Source of the DNA: Armatimonadota bacterium
GTDB taxonomy: Bacteria; Armatimonadota; Zipacnadia; Zipacnadales; UBA5352
Assembly (NCBI GenBank): GCA_050942735.1
Contig: JBMNNW010000007.1
Coordinates: forward strand, 13,086 to 77,085
Reading direction: 5' to 3'
Length of the DNA: 64,000 nt
Made by a program: the position numbers and the translations under genes. Under the pieces are notes generated by a model. The model did not search any database and was not told the DNA's origin. It worked only from the letters and a program-made list of their open reading frames with translations. Below are positions 30,321 through 39,788 of this stretch, in pieces. Every line of letters starts with the position of its first letter. The stretch's first letter is position 1.

Positions 30321-31481
30321 TCACATCTGCGGCTGCAGGAGCAGCTCAAGAATCGAGTTTGCGAGCACGCTCCGCGCCTCCACGGAGAGTTCCCCGTCGT
30401 CGTCACGCACGGCCTCTGCCGTCAGACCGTCGGCGCGCAGCGTAACCTCAGTGCGCACCACCGGCAGCGAGAGCAGCTTCGCGAGCCGCTCCATCTCGTC
30501 GAGTGCCCGGCGGCCGATGTCGGTACGTTCGGGGTCGCCGACGGCCGGACCAACCAGCACCACCAGCGCGTCCGTCTCCTCCAGCAGCCGCTTCACCAGG
30601 CCGGTGAGCCCCTCGCGGAAGCCCGCTGGATCCCACTGCTGCATATCGGTCCCGAAGGTCACAATCACCACGTCGGGCTCGGCCTCGGCGGTCATGCCGA
30701 CGTAACCGGATTCGGCGCTCGGCTCCAGGCCGTCCGTCGTCATCGCAGTGACGGAGACCTCGGCCTCATTGGGGCGAGCGAACGCGAGCCTCTCGGCCAC
30801 GAGCTGCGGCCACGTGCCCTCATCGCACGAGGCGAGCGAGTCGCCGAGCACCGCGAGTGTGAGCTGGCGGTCGTCGTAGAGCGCCCAGCGGCGGAAGAGC
30901 CGCAGGTCGCGGGTGCCGATCAGCGGATCGCCGGTCGGCTCCGCCATCTGCTGGATCACCGGGGCCGCGCCGGTCGGGCTGCCGAAGACTTCGACCTCTC
31001 GGCAGAAGATCGTGTAGTCGCCACCGAGCCCTCCGCCCCAGGTGTTCATGAACTCCACGCGCACGAACTGCGCGGGGCGATCGTTGAAGCGGTGGTTGAG
31101 CGTGAGCGGCTCACCATCGGGAAAGATGAACTCGCGCAGCTTCTCGTACTGCACCCCGTCCTCGGAGCAGGAGATCACGATGCCGCGGGTGTTGCCGTTG
31201 CCGGAGCTGTGAACCGCGACACGGTTGATGTTGCACGGCCGCTCGAGGTTGATCGTCACGGTCTTCGGGAACTGATTGTCGTTCGTCGTGGCGAAGCAGC
31301 CGGGCGCGCTGTCAGAGTCGACGACACCATCGACCAGCCCCGTCCAGCCGTCCATGACCTCGGAGCTGCTGGTGAAGGGCCTCCCCTGAGCGACATTCTG
31401 CCCGGCCGCTGCCAGATCCGCGACCAGCAGGACCGTCGCCACCGCCACCGGCCATGCGATTCCGGCCCGAATGCGCGTCAT
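30321..31481 (-). CDS. Exported discoidin (F5/8 type C) + SGNH/GDSL-like protein
   Basis: Signal peptide, NVAQGRP..LVDG..VTINL..FVRVEF..EVEVFG, then LGDSL and FGTD. Confidence 0.78.
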   Translation of the reverse strand: MTRIRAGIAWPVAVATVLLVADLAAAGQNVAQGRPFTSSSEVMDGWTGLVDGVVDSDSAPGCFATTNDNQFPKTVTINLERPCNINRVAVHSSGNGNTRGIVISCSEDGVQYEKLREFIFPDGEPLTLNHRFNDRPAQFVRVEFMNTWGGGLGGDYTIFCREVEVFGSPTGAAPVIQQMAEPTGDPLIGTRDLRLFRRWALYDDRQLTLAVLGDSLASCDEGTWPQLVAERLAFARPNEAEVSVTAMTTDGLEPSAESGYVGMTAEAEPDVVIVTFGTDMQQWDPAGFREGLTGLVKRLLEETDALVVLVGPAVGDPERTDIGRRALDEMERLAKLLSLPVVRTEVTLRADGLTAEAVRDDDGELSVEARSVLANSILELLLQPQM

Positions 31482-31505
31482 TCGGATTCCTCCCGGGGTC
31501 TCCGC

Positions 31506-32387
31506 TCAGTCACGCAGTTCAAGTTCCAGGCTGATGTCCACCGCCGGGGCCGAGTGTGTCAACGCTCCGACGGAGATCAGATCGACTCCGAGCAGCCCGA
31601 CATCACGGACGCGCGCGAGTGTCATCTCTCCCGACGCCTCGACCAGCGCGGCGCCGTCGATGATCCGCACGGCCTCTGCCGTCATCGCGTCGTCCATGTT
31701 GTCGAGCATGATGATATCCGCGCCGGCTTCGAGCGCCTCCCGCACGTCGCTCAGGTGGGTGGTCTCGACCTCGATCTTGAGCGTGTGCGGTGCGCCCGCG
31801 CGGGCGCGCTCGATCGCTCGGGTGATACCCCCGGCCAGGCGGATGTGGTTGTCCTTGATGAGGATGCCGTCGTAGAGGGCGTAGCGGTGGTTGCTGCCCC
31901 CGCCGGCGACGACCGCGGCCTTCTCGAGGGCCCGCAGGCCCGGCGTGGTCTTGCGGGTGTCGGTGACGCGCGCTCCCGTCCCCTCAAGCGCGTCGGCGAA
32001 CTGCCGAGTAAGCGTGGCCACGCCGCAGAGTCGCTGCAGGAAGTTCAACGCCACGCGCTCGGCGCCGAGCAATCCGCGGGCGGTCCCGTCGATGCGGCCG
32101 AGGTGGTCGCCATCGCTGAAACGCTCACCGTCCGGGAGCAGTTCGGAGAGGGAGCACGCGGGCTCGTTCTGCCGGAAGCACTCCGCTACGACCGCGCCAC
32201 CGGCCATCACGCCGTCCTGCTTCGCGAGCAGCACACCGGTGGCGGCGACGTCCGGTGGGATCGTCAATATGCTGGTGAGGTCGCCGCGACCGATGTCCTC
32301 ACCAAGGGCCAGGCGCACGATCCGCTCGAGGGTCCGGGGGTCGATGGCCGCGCATCCGCGCGGGATGTCTGCGATGTGTTCTGCCAT
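31506..32387 (-). CDS. nadC: Nicotinate-nucleotide diphosphorylase (carboxylating)
   Basis: ERVALNFLQ, DTRKTTPG, LIKDNH, EVE, IMLDNM, EASG, SVGALTHS. Confidence 0.97.
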   Translation of the reverse strand: MAEHIADIPRGCAAIDPRTLERIVRLALGEDIGRGDLTSILTIPPDVAATGVLLAKQDGVMAGGAVVAECFRQNEPACSLSELLPDGERFSDGDHLGRIDGTARGLLGAERVALNFLQRLCGVATLTRQFADALEGTGARVTDTRKTTPGLRALEKAAVVAGGGSNHRYALYDGILIKDNHIRLAGGITRAIERARAGAPHTLKIEVETTHLSDVREALEAGADIIMLDNMDDAMTAEAVRIIDGAALVEASGEMTLARVRDVGLLGVDLISVGALTHSAPAVDISLELELRD

Positions 32388-32740
32388 CACTGCTCCACGA
32401 GTCTGTTGTTCTCATCTACGTGTGCTACATTCAACACGACGTCCGCGGCTTCCTCCCCGTCGAACAATCCGTAGCACAGGACATGCACAACGTCGCCGAC
32501 GTAGGCCATGCGCGCGGCCGGTCCGTTCAGGCAGATGACGCCCGAACCTGGCTCTCCTGCTATCACATACGTCTCGATGCGCGAACCGTTACTGAGATTG
32601 ACGATCTGCACCAGCTCGTTGGGCAGAATCCCGCTCGCTTCCAGCAGGTCGGCGTCGATGGTGATGCTCCCTTCGTAGTACAGCTCGGCCTGGGTCACGG
32701 TGGCACCGTGGATCTTGGCGAAACAGATCGTGCGCAGCAC
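32387..32740 (-). CDS. panD: Aspartate 1-decarboxylase
   Basis: With the GTG start, K9, H11 and the G24-S25 cleavage site fall at canonical positions; TYVI, NGPAAR. Confidence 0.96.
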   Translation of the reverse strand: MLRTICFAKIHGATVTQAELYYEGSITIDADLLEASGILPNELVQIVNLSNGSRIETYVIAGEPGSGVICLNGPAARMAYVGDVVHVLCYGLFDGEEAADVVLNVAHVDENNRLVEQ

Positions 32741-32745
32741 TTCGA

Positions 32746-33588
32746 TCATCCTTCAACCACGACGTTATCAATCAACCGGGTGCTTCCAAGATACGTCGCC
32801 ACCGCGATGACCATCCGTCCGCTCCGGCCCTGCATCGGCTGCAGCGTGTCGGCGTCAACGGCGCGTACGTACTGCGGTTCAAAGAGCGGTTCCTCCCCAA
32901 GCTCGGCGGCGACGATCCGCTCGACCTCGGCAGCCGTGGCGCCCTGCCGCGCGGCGTCGGCGCCCGCGATCAGCGCCTCGTGCAGCTTCGGCGCGACCTC
33001 CCGCTCGCGTTCGGTGAGGTACCGGTTGCGCGAGCTGAGTGCGAGGCCGTCGTCCTCGCGGACGGTGGGCATGCCGATGACTTCGACGGGCATGTCGAGG
33101 TCGCGGACCATCCGGCGGATGACCACGAGCTGCTGGTAGTCCTTGCGCCCGAAGTATGCCCGGTCGGACGCGACGATGTTCAGCAGCTTGCATACCACCG
33201 TGGTCACGCCGTCGAAATGCCTCGGGCGGAATGCCCCGCAGAGGCCCTCGGTGAGCGCCTCGACGCTCACGACGGTGCAGGAGTCCGCGGCGTACATCTC
33301 CGCGGGGTCGGGCGCGAAGATGAGATCTGCGCCCTGCGATGCGAGCTTCGCCGCATCGCCCTCAAGGTCGCGCGGGTAGGCGTCGAGATCCTCACCGGGC
33401 CCGAACTGCGTCGGGTTGACGAAGATACTCACGACGACGAAGTCGCAATGATCGACGGCCCCGCGGACCAGTGAGAGGTGGCCCTCGTGGAGCGCGCCCA
33501 TCGTGGGCACGAGGCCAATCGAGCCGCCCTCGGCCCGCGCTGCCGCAACGGCGGCGCGCACATCCTGCTTTGTGTGGACGATCCGCAT
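32746..33588 (-). CDS. panC: Pantoate--beta-alanine ligase
   Basis: VPTMGALHEGH, SIFVNPTQF, RPRHFDGV, FGRKDYQQ, LALSSRN, RLIDN. Confidence 0.97.
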   Translation of the reverse strand: MRIVHTKQDVRAAVAAARAEGGSIGLVPTMGALHEGHLSLVRGAVDHCDFVVVSIFVNPTQFGPGEDLDAYPRDLEGDAAKLASQGADLIFAPDPAEMYAADSCTVVSVEALTEGLCGAFRPRHFDGVTTVVCKLLNIVASDRAYFGRKDYQQLVVIRRMVRDLDMPVEVIGMPTVREDDGLALSSRNRYLTEREREVAPKLHEALIAGADAARQGATAAEVERIVAAELGEEPLFEPQYVRAVDADTLQPMQGRSGRMVIAVATYLGSTRLIDNVVVEG

Positions 33589-33895
33589 CTCGAACTCACC
33601 CGCAGGTATTATACACGGTTGCGCGCCGGAGCGCACATTGACTCGCCCGGCAGGTGGTATCAGGATCCACGCGGCGGGGACGGCGTCCGGGCGGGGGCGC
33701 CCGGACGCCACGGTCTTCGCCGCACCGTGTCCGGACTCCGGGCGCCCTCCTCGCCTGGAGCGTCGTTCTCGGCCGCATCCCGTCAACGATTCGCGCGGCG
33801 AAAGAGGTAACGCAGCCGACCGCGGAGCAGTTAACATCTATATAGAGGCGCGACGTGCGGCTGTTCGGCATGACCCGCATCACGGGGGTATCACG

Positions 33896-34372
33896 ATGCG
33901 AAGCCGACTCGCTCACGCAGCGGTGTTCATCGGCGCATTCTGTCTGTTCCTCGGCTACTGCGAGTGGTGGAAGGATCAGCGGGGGCCGGAGGTGAACTCG
34001 CAGTCGCCACCGGATTTCGCGGCGCTCACGGTGGCGGGAGCCGCCGACGAGTCGTTCAATGGCGTCTACGTGCCGATCCCCAGCCACGATGCGATGCCGT
34101 GCTTCATGAAGGAGGCGCCGCGTCGCTTCCTGTGGCGTTCCGCCTTCAGGTGGCACCTCTCCACGGAGCTGGGGATGATCAGCGAGGGCTACATGTCCGA
34201 GTATGATGCTCCCCTGACAGGACCGTGGCTGCCCGATGGCGCCCCGGAGCCCTGCCCGACCATCGAGGCCCCGAGCGACCTCGCCGCGGGAGGCCGGGTC
34301 ACTCCCCCGGTGTCGCCGCCAGGATCTTATTCAGCGCGTCGCGGCGGTAGTCGCGCCATGTCTCAAGGCTGA
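33896..34372 (+). CDS. Hypothetical membrane-anchored protein
   Basis: N-terminal TM helix, then a beta-rich segment (LTVAGA..FNGVY); 3' end overlaps the convergent gene by 74 nt. Confidence 0.55.
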   Translation: MRSRLAHAAVFIGAFCLFLGYCEWWKDQRGPEVNSQSPPDFAALTVAGAADESFNGVYVPIPSHDAMPCFMKEAPRRFLWRSAFRWHLSTELGMISEGYMSEYDAPLTGPWLPDGAPEPCPTIEAPSDLAAGGRVTPPVSPPGSYSARRGGSRAMSQG

Positions 34373-35222
34373 ACTCCGCCTCGATGTCCTCGATCGTCAC
34401 ATCGTCCATCTCCGAGGCGAGCGTGAACTTGCCCTCCGGGTGAGGGATGCTCAGCGACACCCCGCGACCGTACTTCTCGCGAATCGCATCCCAGTGCCGC
34501 CGATTCTCGTCCTGGTGGTAGCACTCGCGGTCGAAGTTCACGTCCGCGCTCGCGATCGGATACTGGTAGCCCGTCCTCACCAGCGGCGTGCCGGTCATGT
34601 CGATGATCGAGTTGATCTGCCCGCCCCACGAACTGACCACGTAGAACCCGAACTCCTCCGCCCAGAACTCAAGCTGCCGCCCGGCCTCATACATCGACGG
34701 CCACAGAACGCACCGAGCGCCGTTCTCCTGCAGCCGCTGCGCCACCTCGGGGAAGTTCATGTCGAAGCAGATCGCGAAGCCCACCACGCCGAAGTCCGTC
34801 TCGAAAGCGGGCGCGTCCGAGCCGGGGGTGATCCCATTCTCAAGCTCCCCGCGCGTCGGGCGCATCTTGTGGTAGACGCCCACGATCTCGCCGGCGCGGT
34901 CGAGCAGCGCAGCCGCGTTGTAGAGCCGCCCGTCTCGCTCTTCGATGGTCGTCGCCACCGCGTAGCAGTTGTTGCGCCGGCAGGCCTCCCCGACCGCGTC
35001 CGTCGTCGGTCCGGGGATCGGCTCGGCCCATCGCTCATACGCCTCGGAGGTCAGGTGCCGCTGGGCGAAGATCTCCGGCATGCAGACCAGGTCCGAGCTG
35101 TCCTTCGCGGCGCGATCGATCATCTCCACGGCCTGCCGGCGGTTCGACTCCTGCTGCTGCGCGCCCTCGGCTTCCTTCCGCGGGCTCCACGAAACGGTGG
35201 TCAGACGGGCGTAGCGTGCCAT
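34299..35222 (-). CDS. Carbon-nitrogen hydrolase (nitrilase superfamily)
   Basis: Catalytic triad E (MPEIF), K (YHKMR), C (AICFD). Confidence 0.93.
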   Translation of the reverse strand: MARYARLTTVSWSPRKEAEGAQQQESNRRQAVEMIDRAAKDSSDLVCMPEIFAQRHLTSEAYERWAEPIPGPTTDAVGEACRRNNCYAVATTIEERDGRLYNAAALLDRAGEIVGVYHKMRPTRGELENGITPGSDAPAFETDFGVVGFAICFDMNFPEVAQRLQENGARCVLWPSMYEAGRQLEFWAEEFGFYVVSSWGGQINSIIDMTGTPLVRTGYQYPIASADVNFDRECYHQDENRRHWDAIREKYGRGVSLSIPHPEGKFTLASEMDDVTIEDIEAEFSLETWRDYRRDALNKILAATPGE

Positions 35223-35392
35223 GTTGGCGCACCTCCGGGTAGATGTCGCGTAGCTGGTGGGGAGTTCGCCCCCGCGCCGCTGAAGCCTTCCAGCAATGCA
35301 GGGCAGTGGCCGAAGGTCTGGTGCGTTTGCGAATGAATTGGGTATCCTGCGTACACGTCCTACACAAAATGCCAATAGGCGAGGTGCGTGTG

Positions 35393-36010
35393 ATGAAGCG
35401 CGAAGGTTTCACGCTGATTGAGCTGCTCGTGGTCATTGCCATCATCGCGATCCTGGCCGCGATCCTCTTCCCCGTCTTCGCGCGCGCGAGGGAGAAGGCG
35501 CGCCAGACAAGCTGCCTGAGCAACCTCAAGCAGCTCGGGACGGCTCTGCAGATGTACGTGCAGGACCACGACGAGATGACCCCGCCGCACACGGATGATG
35601 AGCCCGATCCGCCTCCCGCGTACAACTGGCGCTGGGACGGCTTCCCGCTCCGTCTGCAGCCCTACATCAAGAACTATCAGATCTACCGCTGTCCGAGCGA
35701 TGACGGCTGGACGGCGCCGGCGGAGAGCGCGACGGGGCGCTGGTCGAGCTACGTGATCAACAACCTCGGCAGCGTGGCCCGCAGGCCCGACTCGGCGTTC
35801 CATGACCCTTCGGGAACCATCGTGCTGCTCGACGGCAGCGAGGCTGACCTCGGGATCGAGGGGAACGACGACCTCCCCTACCAGGTCCCCAACTCGGCCG
35901 CGTACAACCGTCACAACGGCGGGCTGAACGCGAACTTCTACGACGGACATGCGAAGTGGATGCAACCCACCGCGGTGACGTACGAGATGTTCACGCTGGC
36001 GATGGACTGA
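35393..36010 (+). CDS. Prepilin-type DUF1559 / H-X9-DG protein
   Basis: G|[42 protein letters not shown]; [16 protein letters not shown]. Confidence 0.93.
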   Translation: MKREGFTLIELLVVIAIIAILAAILFPVFARAREKARQTSCLSNLKQLGTALQMYVQDHDEMTPPHTDDEPDPPPAYNWRWDGFPLRLQPYIKNYQIYRCPSDDGWTAPAESATGRWSSYVINNLGSVARRPDSAFHDPSGTIVLLDGSEADLGIEGNDDLPYQVPNSAAYNRHNGGLNANFYDGHAKWMQPTAVTYEMFTLAMD

Positions 36011-36197
36011 TTGCCCTGCGGCGGATCTCGACCCGACACGGCATGCCGCCGTGTTGCGGGGCATCGGCGGTGCGCGGCAGTCTCGCGCAGAAAGCGCCTG
36101 CGATCACCCGCCATGCGGTTGTCGTTGCTCCGACTTCGTGGCATAAGTCCCGGCGAGGGTCGGCTCCGGTTTCCATCTGCCGCCCGCAGGCCGGGTG

Positions 36198-36455
36198 TGA
36201 CCGAATAATGTAGGTGCGGCAACGACGGCCTCCCCCGCCCTCACACACGACATTCGGGCACCCCCTCCCTGAGAGTTCGCTGTGCGAACTCCGGCGGGAG
36301 GGGGAATGAGCCCCACGTTCCGACCTGTCAAAGCTCTTTCGGATCTCCGCTCACGGTTGTGTTCTCCCCCTTGTATGATGGCAGTGTGCAGTTTGATGGA
36401 GGTGCGGGGGAGGCCGGGGTAGCACCTGGCCCCAGCAACCTACACAATACGGTCA
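36198..36455. mobile_element. Putative non-autonomous (MITE-like) element with two-part inverted ends
   Basis: Outer inverted repeat 36198-36215 / 36438-36455 (15/18); inner perfect 13-bp inverted repeat 36226-36238 / 36404-36416; flanking direct repeat GCCGCCCGCAGGC. Confidence 0.45.
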
Positions 36456-36555
36456 GCCGCCCGCAGGCGCGCTTTCTTGACGCGGTCCTTCTACGCGTGT
36501 ATGCTGCCTGCAGGTTCGCCGGAGCGTCTCTTTCGGCGAGGAGAGGAGATTCCAC

Positions 36556-37932
36556 GTGCGCAGACATCCATTCATGCTCCATGCGGCGGCATTCGCCGTC
36601 GCGCTCTGCATCTGCGCCGGCGCCGCCCCGATCCTCGATCCCGCGAAGGTCACCGACCGCACTTTCGACAACGGCTTCCGGGTCGTGGTCAAGGACGAGG
36701 ACGACTGGGGCCTCGCCGCCGCCGCATTGTACATCAGGGCCGGCTCGGCACAGGAGGCCGAGGGGCAGGTCGGCGTCGCACATCTGCTCGAGCACCTGTT
36801 GTTCGAGACCACCGACGCCCGCGACGACCGCCGCGTCGGCCCCGCGATCGAGTCGCTGGGCGGGTACGTCAACGCGATGACCACGCGTGACTTCACCCGC
36901 ATCGAGGTCACCGTCGCAAGCCAGTATCTGCCGCGCGCGATCGAGCTGATCGCCGAGGCGGTCCTCGACCCCGACATCAGATCGGCGGCAGTCACGCGCG
37001 AGCGCGAGGTCGTCGCTCGCGAGCTGACCGACCGGCTCGATTCTGCCGGCGGAACGCTCGATGATCTCATCTGGACGACGGCCTACCGCCAGCACCCCTA
37101 CGGCCGGCCGATCGGCGGAACGCCCGAGCAGGTCACCGCGCTCACTCTCGAGGACGTGATGGACTTCTACTCGCGCTACTACGTCCCGGCCAACATGGCG
37201 CTGATCGTCGCCGGTGACGTGGACGCCGAGGCGATCTACGCGCAGGCCGAGGAGCTGTTCGGCGCGGCCGAGGCGGTGCCCGCGCCGGATCTGACGCTCC
37301 CGTCCGAGCCGCCTCAGACCGACGTGCGTGTGGGGGCCCAGACGCGCCCGAGCCGCGCGCTGCTGATCAGCTACGCATGGCACGCGCCGAAGGTCGAGAA
37401 CTTCGAGGACGTCTGTGCGATGGACCTGATCTACACGATCCTCGGCGAGGGGCAGCTCGGCCGCCTCCACCAGTCCCTCGAAGCGGAGGGGCTCGCGCTG
37501 ATGTCCAACTGCGACTTTCTCACCCAACGCGACGAGGGCCTCGTCATCATCACGGCGATGACCGTCCAGGACAAGGAGACGGAGGTCCGCACGGCGATCC
37601 TCGACGAAGTCGAGCGCCTTCGCGAGGAGGCGCTCACTGAGGAGCAACTGGCTGAGGCGAAGCGCATCTTGCGCATCAGCTACGCGTTCAGCAACGAGTC
37701 GTTCAGCGACCAGGCCGGGGCGCTGGGCTTCTACGAGGCCATCGGCGGCTACCGGCGGGCCATCCAGTACATCGACACCGTCGAGGCGGTGACCGCCGAG
37801 CAGCTCCGGGAGGTTGCGAGGAAGTACCTCGGCCCGAACGCGTACACGCTCGCGATCATCCGCCCGCAGGCCGCTCCCGGTGAGCAGGAGGAGGCGATGG
37901 CGCCATGCGACGCATCCTCGCTCTCGGGCTGA
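36556..37932 (+). CDS. M16 (pitrilysin) family zinc peptidase, active subunit, exported
   Basis: Signal peptide, HLLEH (HxxEH), NAMTTRD, EREVV, HPYGRP, YYVPANM. Confidence 0.92.
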   Translation: MRRHPFMLHAAAFAVALCICAGAAPILDPAKVTDRTFDNGFRVVVKDEDDWGLAAAALYIRAGSAQEAEGQVGVAHLLEHLLFETTDARDDRRVGPAIESLGGYVNAMTTRDFTRIEVTVASQYLPRAIELIAEAVLDPDIRSAAVTREREVVARELTDRLDSAGGTLDDLIWTTAYRQHPYGRPIGGTPEQVTALTLEDVMDFYSRYYVPANMALIVAGDVDAEAIYAQAEELFGAAEAVPAPDLTLPSEPPQTDVRVGAQTRPSRALLISYAWHAPKVENFEDVCAMDLIYTILGEGQLGRLHQSLEAEGLALMSNCDFLTQRDEGLVIITAMTVQDKETEVRTAILDEVERLREEALTEEQLAEAKRILRISYAFSNESFSDQAGALGFYEAIGGYRRAIQYIDTVEAVTAEQLREVARKYLGPNAYTLAIIRPQAAPGEQEEAMAPCDASSLSG

Positions 37933-39227
37933 TCGCGCTGCTGTCCGCCGCGGCCGCTCAGGCCGGGCCCGCCACCCGCACCGTGCTGGACAACGGCCTC
38001 ACCGTGCTTGCGGTGCAGAGCGATCATGTGCGCGTCGCCGGAATCGCGCTGGTCATCGAGGCCTCCGGCGGCCACGAGACCGATGCGGATCGCGGTTCAC
38101 GCGCGCTGCTGCAGCAGATGGTCTCCGTCTCAAGTCACAAGGCGGTCACGGAGGACCTTCGTCCGATCTCAGCCATCATCCGCTCCGGCTCCTCGGGGCT
38201 CGCGGTCAACACCAACTGGGACTTCGTGGAGACCACATTCACCGCCGCGGTCGAGGAGCTTGACGCGGGGCTGGCACTGCTCGCCGACGAGGTCTTCGAG
38301 GTCGAGCTGACGCAGGAGAAGCTCGACGAGGCGCGCGCGCTGGTGGAAAGCACGTGGGACGCCTCCCGGCAGTCCCCCGTGCAGGCCACATTCGATCTCT
38401 TCCGCCAGGCGCTCTACGGCGACAGCCCGATGGCCCGGCCCCAGCAGGGCGACCCCGAGAGCGTCGCGGCAATCACGCTGGAGGGGCTCCAGCAGTTCCG
38501 CGACACGCACTATGTGCCCGCCAACGCATGCTTGTGCATCGTCTCACCGCTGACCGCCGCCGAGGCGACCGGGGCGGTCGGGCGCGCCTTCGGGGAACTT
38601 GCCACTCGGCCGGCCCCGCCGGCGCCGCCGGCCTTTGAACTGCCGACGCAGTCGCGGATCGAGGTCGGCGACAGCGCCGATCTTCTGCAGGCGTCGATGG
38701 CTGTCGGTGTACCGCTCCCTGCCTACGGCGATCCGGCCTTCCCTGCCGCGGAGGTGGTCGCGGCGCTGCTTGAGGGCCCGGGCGGGCGGCTGCGGCGCGA
38801 CCTCGGTCTGCTGCAGGGGCTGGGGCTGGCACTGCCCACGCGCCTGCTCGAAGAGCACTACCCCATCAGCGTCCTCACGATCCCGCAGGCCCGTCACCCC
38901 TACCTCGCCGTGCATGTGCTCGCGGCGCCGCGCTCTGTGGAGCGCGCCCGCGTCGGCGTGCTCAGGCATCTGCTGGCACTGCAGAGCGGCTCGGTGACGG
39001 AGGCGGAGATGGAGCGGGCGAAGGCCCGCGTGATCAACCTGCACCGACTGCGCACTCAAAGTCCCACGGAGGCTGCGCTCTACCTGGCCCGCCGCGCGCT
39101 CTTCGGCCTCGGCGGCGCCGACGAGGCCGTCGCCGCCGTCGAAGCGCTCACACCTGAGGACCTCACCGCCGTCGCCGTCGAATACTTCGACCGCCACGCG
39201 GTCGCCCTGCAGATGCCGGGCTCGTAG
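37905..39227 (+). CDS. M16 family peptidase, non-catalytic partner subunit, exported
   Basis: Signal peptide, LDNGLTV, HYVPANA; lacks HxxEH; overlaps the upstream gene. Confidence 0.85.
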   Translation: MRRILALGLIALLSAAAAQAGPATRTVLDNGLTVLAVQSDHVRVAGIALVIEASGGHETDADRGSRALLQQMVSVSSHKAVTEDLRPISAIIRSGSSGLAVNTNWDFVETTFTAAVEELDAGLALLADEVFEVELTQEKLDEARALVESTWDASRQSPVQATFDLFRQALYGDSPMARPQQGDPESVAAITLEGLQQFRDTHYVPANACLCIVSPLTAAEATGAVGRAFGELATRPAPPAPPAFELPTQSRIEVGDSADLLQASMAVGVPLPAYGDPAFPAAEVVAALLEGPGGRLRRDLGLLQGLGLALPTRLLEEHYPISVLTIPQARHPYLAVHVLAAPRSVERARVGVLRHLLALQSGSVTEAEMERAKARVINLHRLRTQSPTEAALYLARRALFGLGGADEAVAAVEALTPEDLTAVAVEYFDRHAVALQMPGS

Positions 39228-39240
39228 CTGGAGGACAGCG

Positions 39241-39696
39241 ATGATCGATGGAGTGCGAATCAAGAAGCTCGTGCGGCATGTCGATGAGCGCGGCTGGCTG
39301 ATGGAGATTCTGCGTGACGACGACGAGATCTTCATCGACTTCGGCCAGGTCTACGTCTCCGCCTGCTTCCCGGGCATCGTCAAGGCATGGCACTGTCACG
39401 AGATCCAGACCGACAGCTTCTGCGTGCTCGCGGGCAACGCGCGCATCGGGCTCTTCGACGACCGCGAGGCGTCGCCCACACGCGGCGAGACCCAGTCGGT
39501 CGTTGCCGGTGAACTCAACCCGGTCGTGGTGCAGATCCCGCCGCTGGTGTGGCACGGCTTCGCGGCGGTGGGAGGGCGGACGGCCGTCGTGCTCAACGTC
39601 CCGACCGAGCATTACAACGCGGCGCAGCCTGACGAGCTGCGCCGCGATCTCGATGACCCGGAGATTCCCTTCGACTGGTTCCCGAAGGGCGGGTAG
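39241..39696 (+). CDS. dTDP-4-dehydrorhamnose 3,5-epimerase family (RmlC-like cupin)
   Basis: DERGWLME, KAWHCH, DDREASPT, IPPLVWHGF. Confidence 0.9.
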   Translation: MIDGVRIKKLVRHVDERGWLMEILRDDDEIFIDFGQVYVSACFPGIVKAWHCHEIQTDSFCVLAGNARIGLFDDREASPTRGETQSVVAGELNPVVVQIPPLVWHGFAAVGGRTAVVLNVPTEHYNAAQPDELRRDLDDPEIPFDWFPKGG

Positions 39697-39788
39697 CGTC
39701 GCCGCACGATGTGTTCTCTTCGCACCCGGGCTGCCGCCATCCGCGGCAGTCCTGTCCGTCTGTCGCGACACAGCGGGAGGTGGCCGGC

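Noticed and set aside
30036-32474. 812-aa plus-strand ORF
   Set aside because: Shadow of nadC and the discoidin/SGNH gene.
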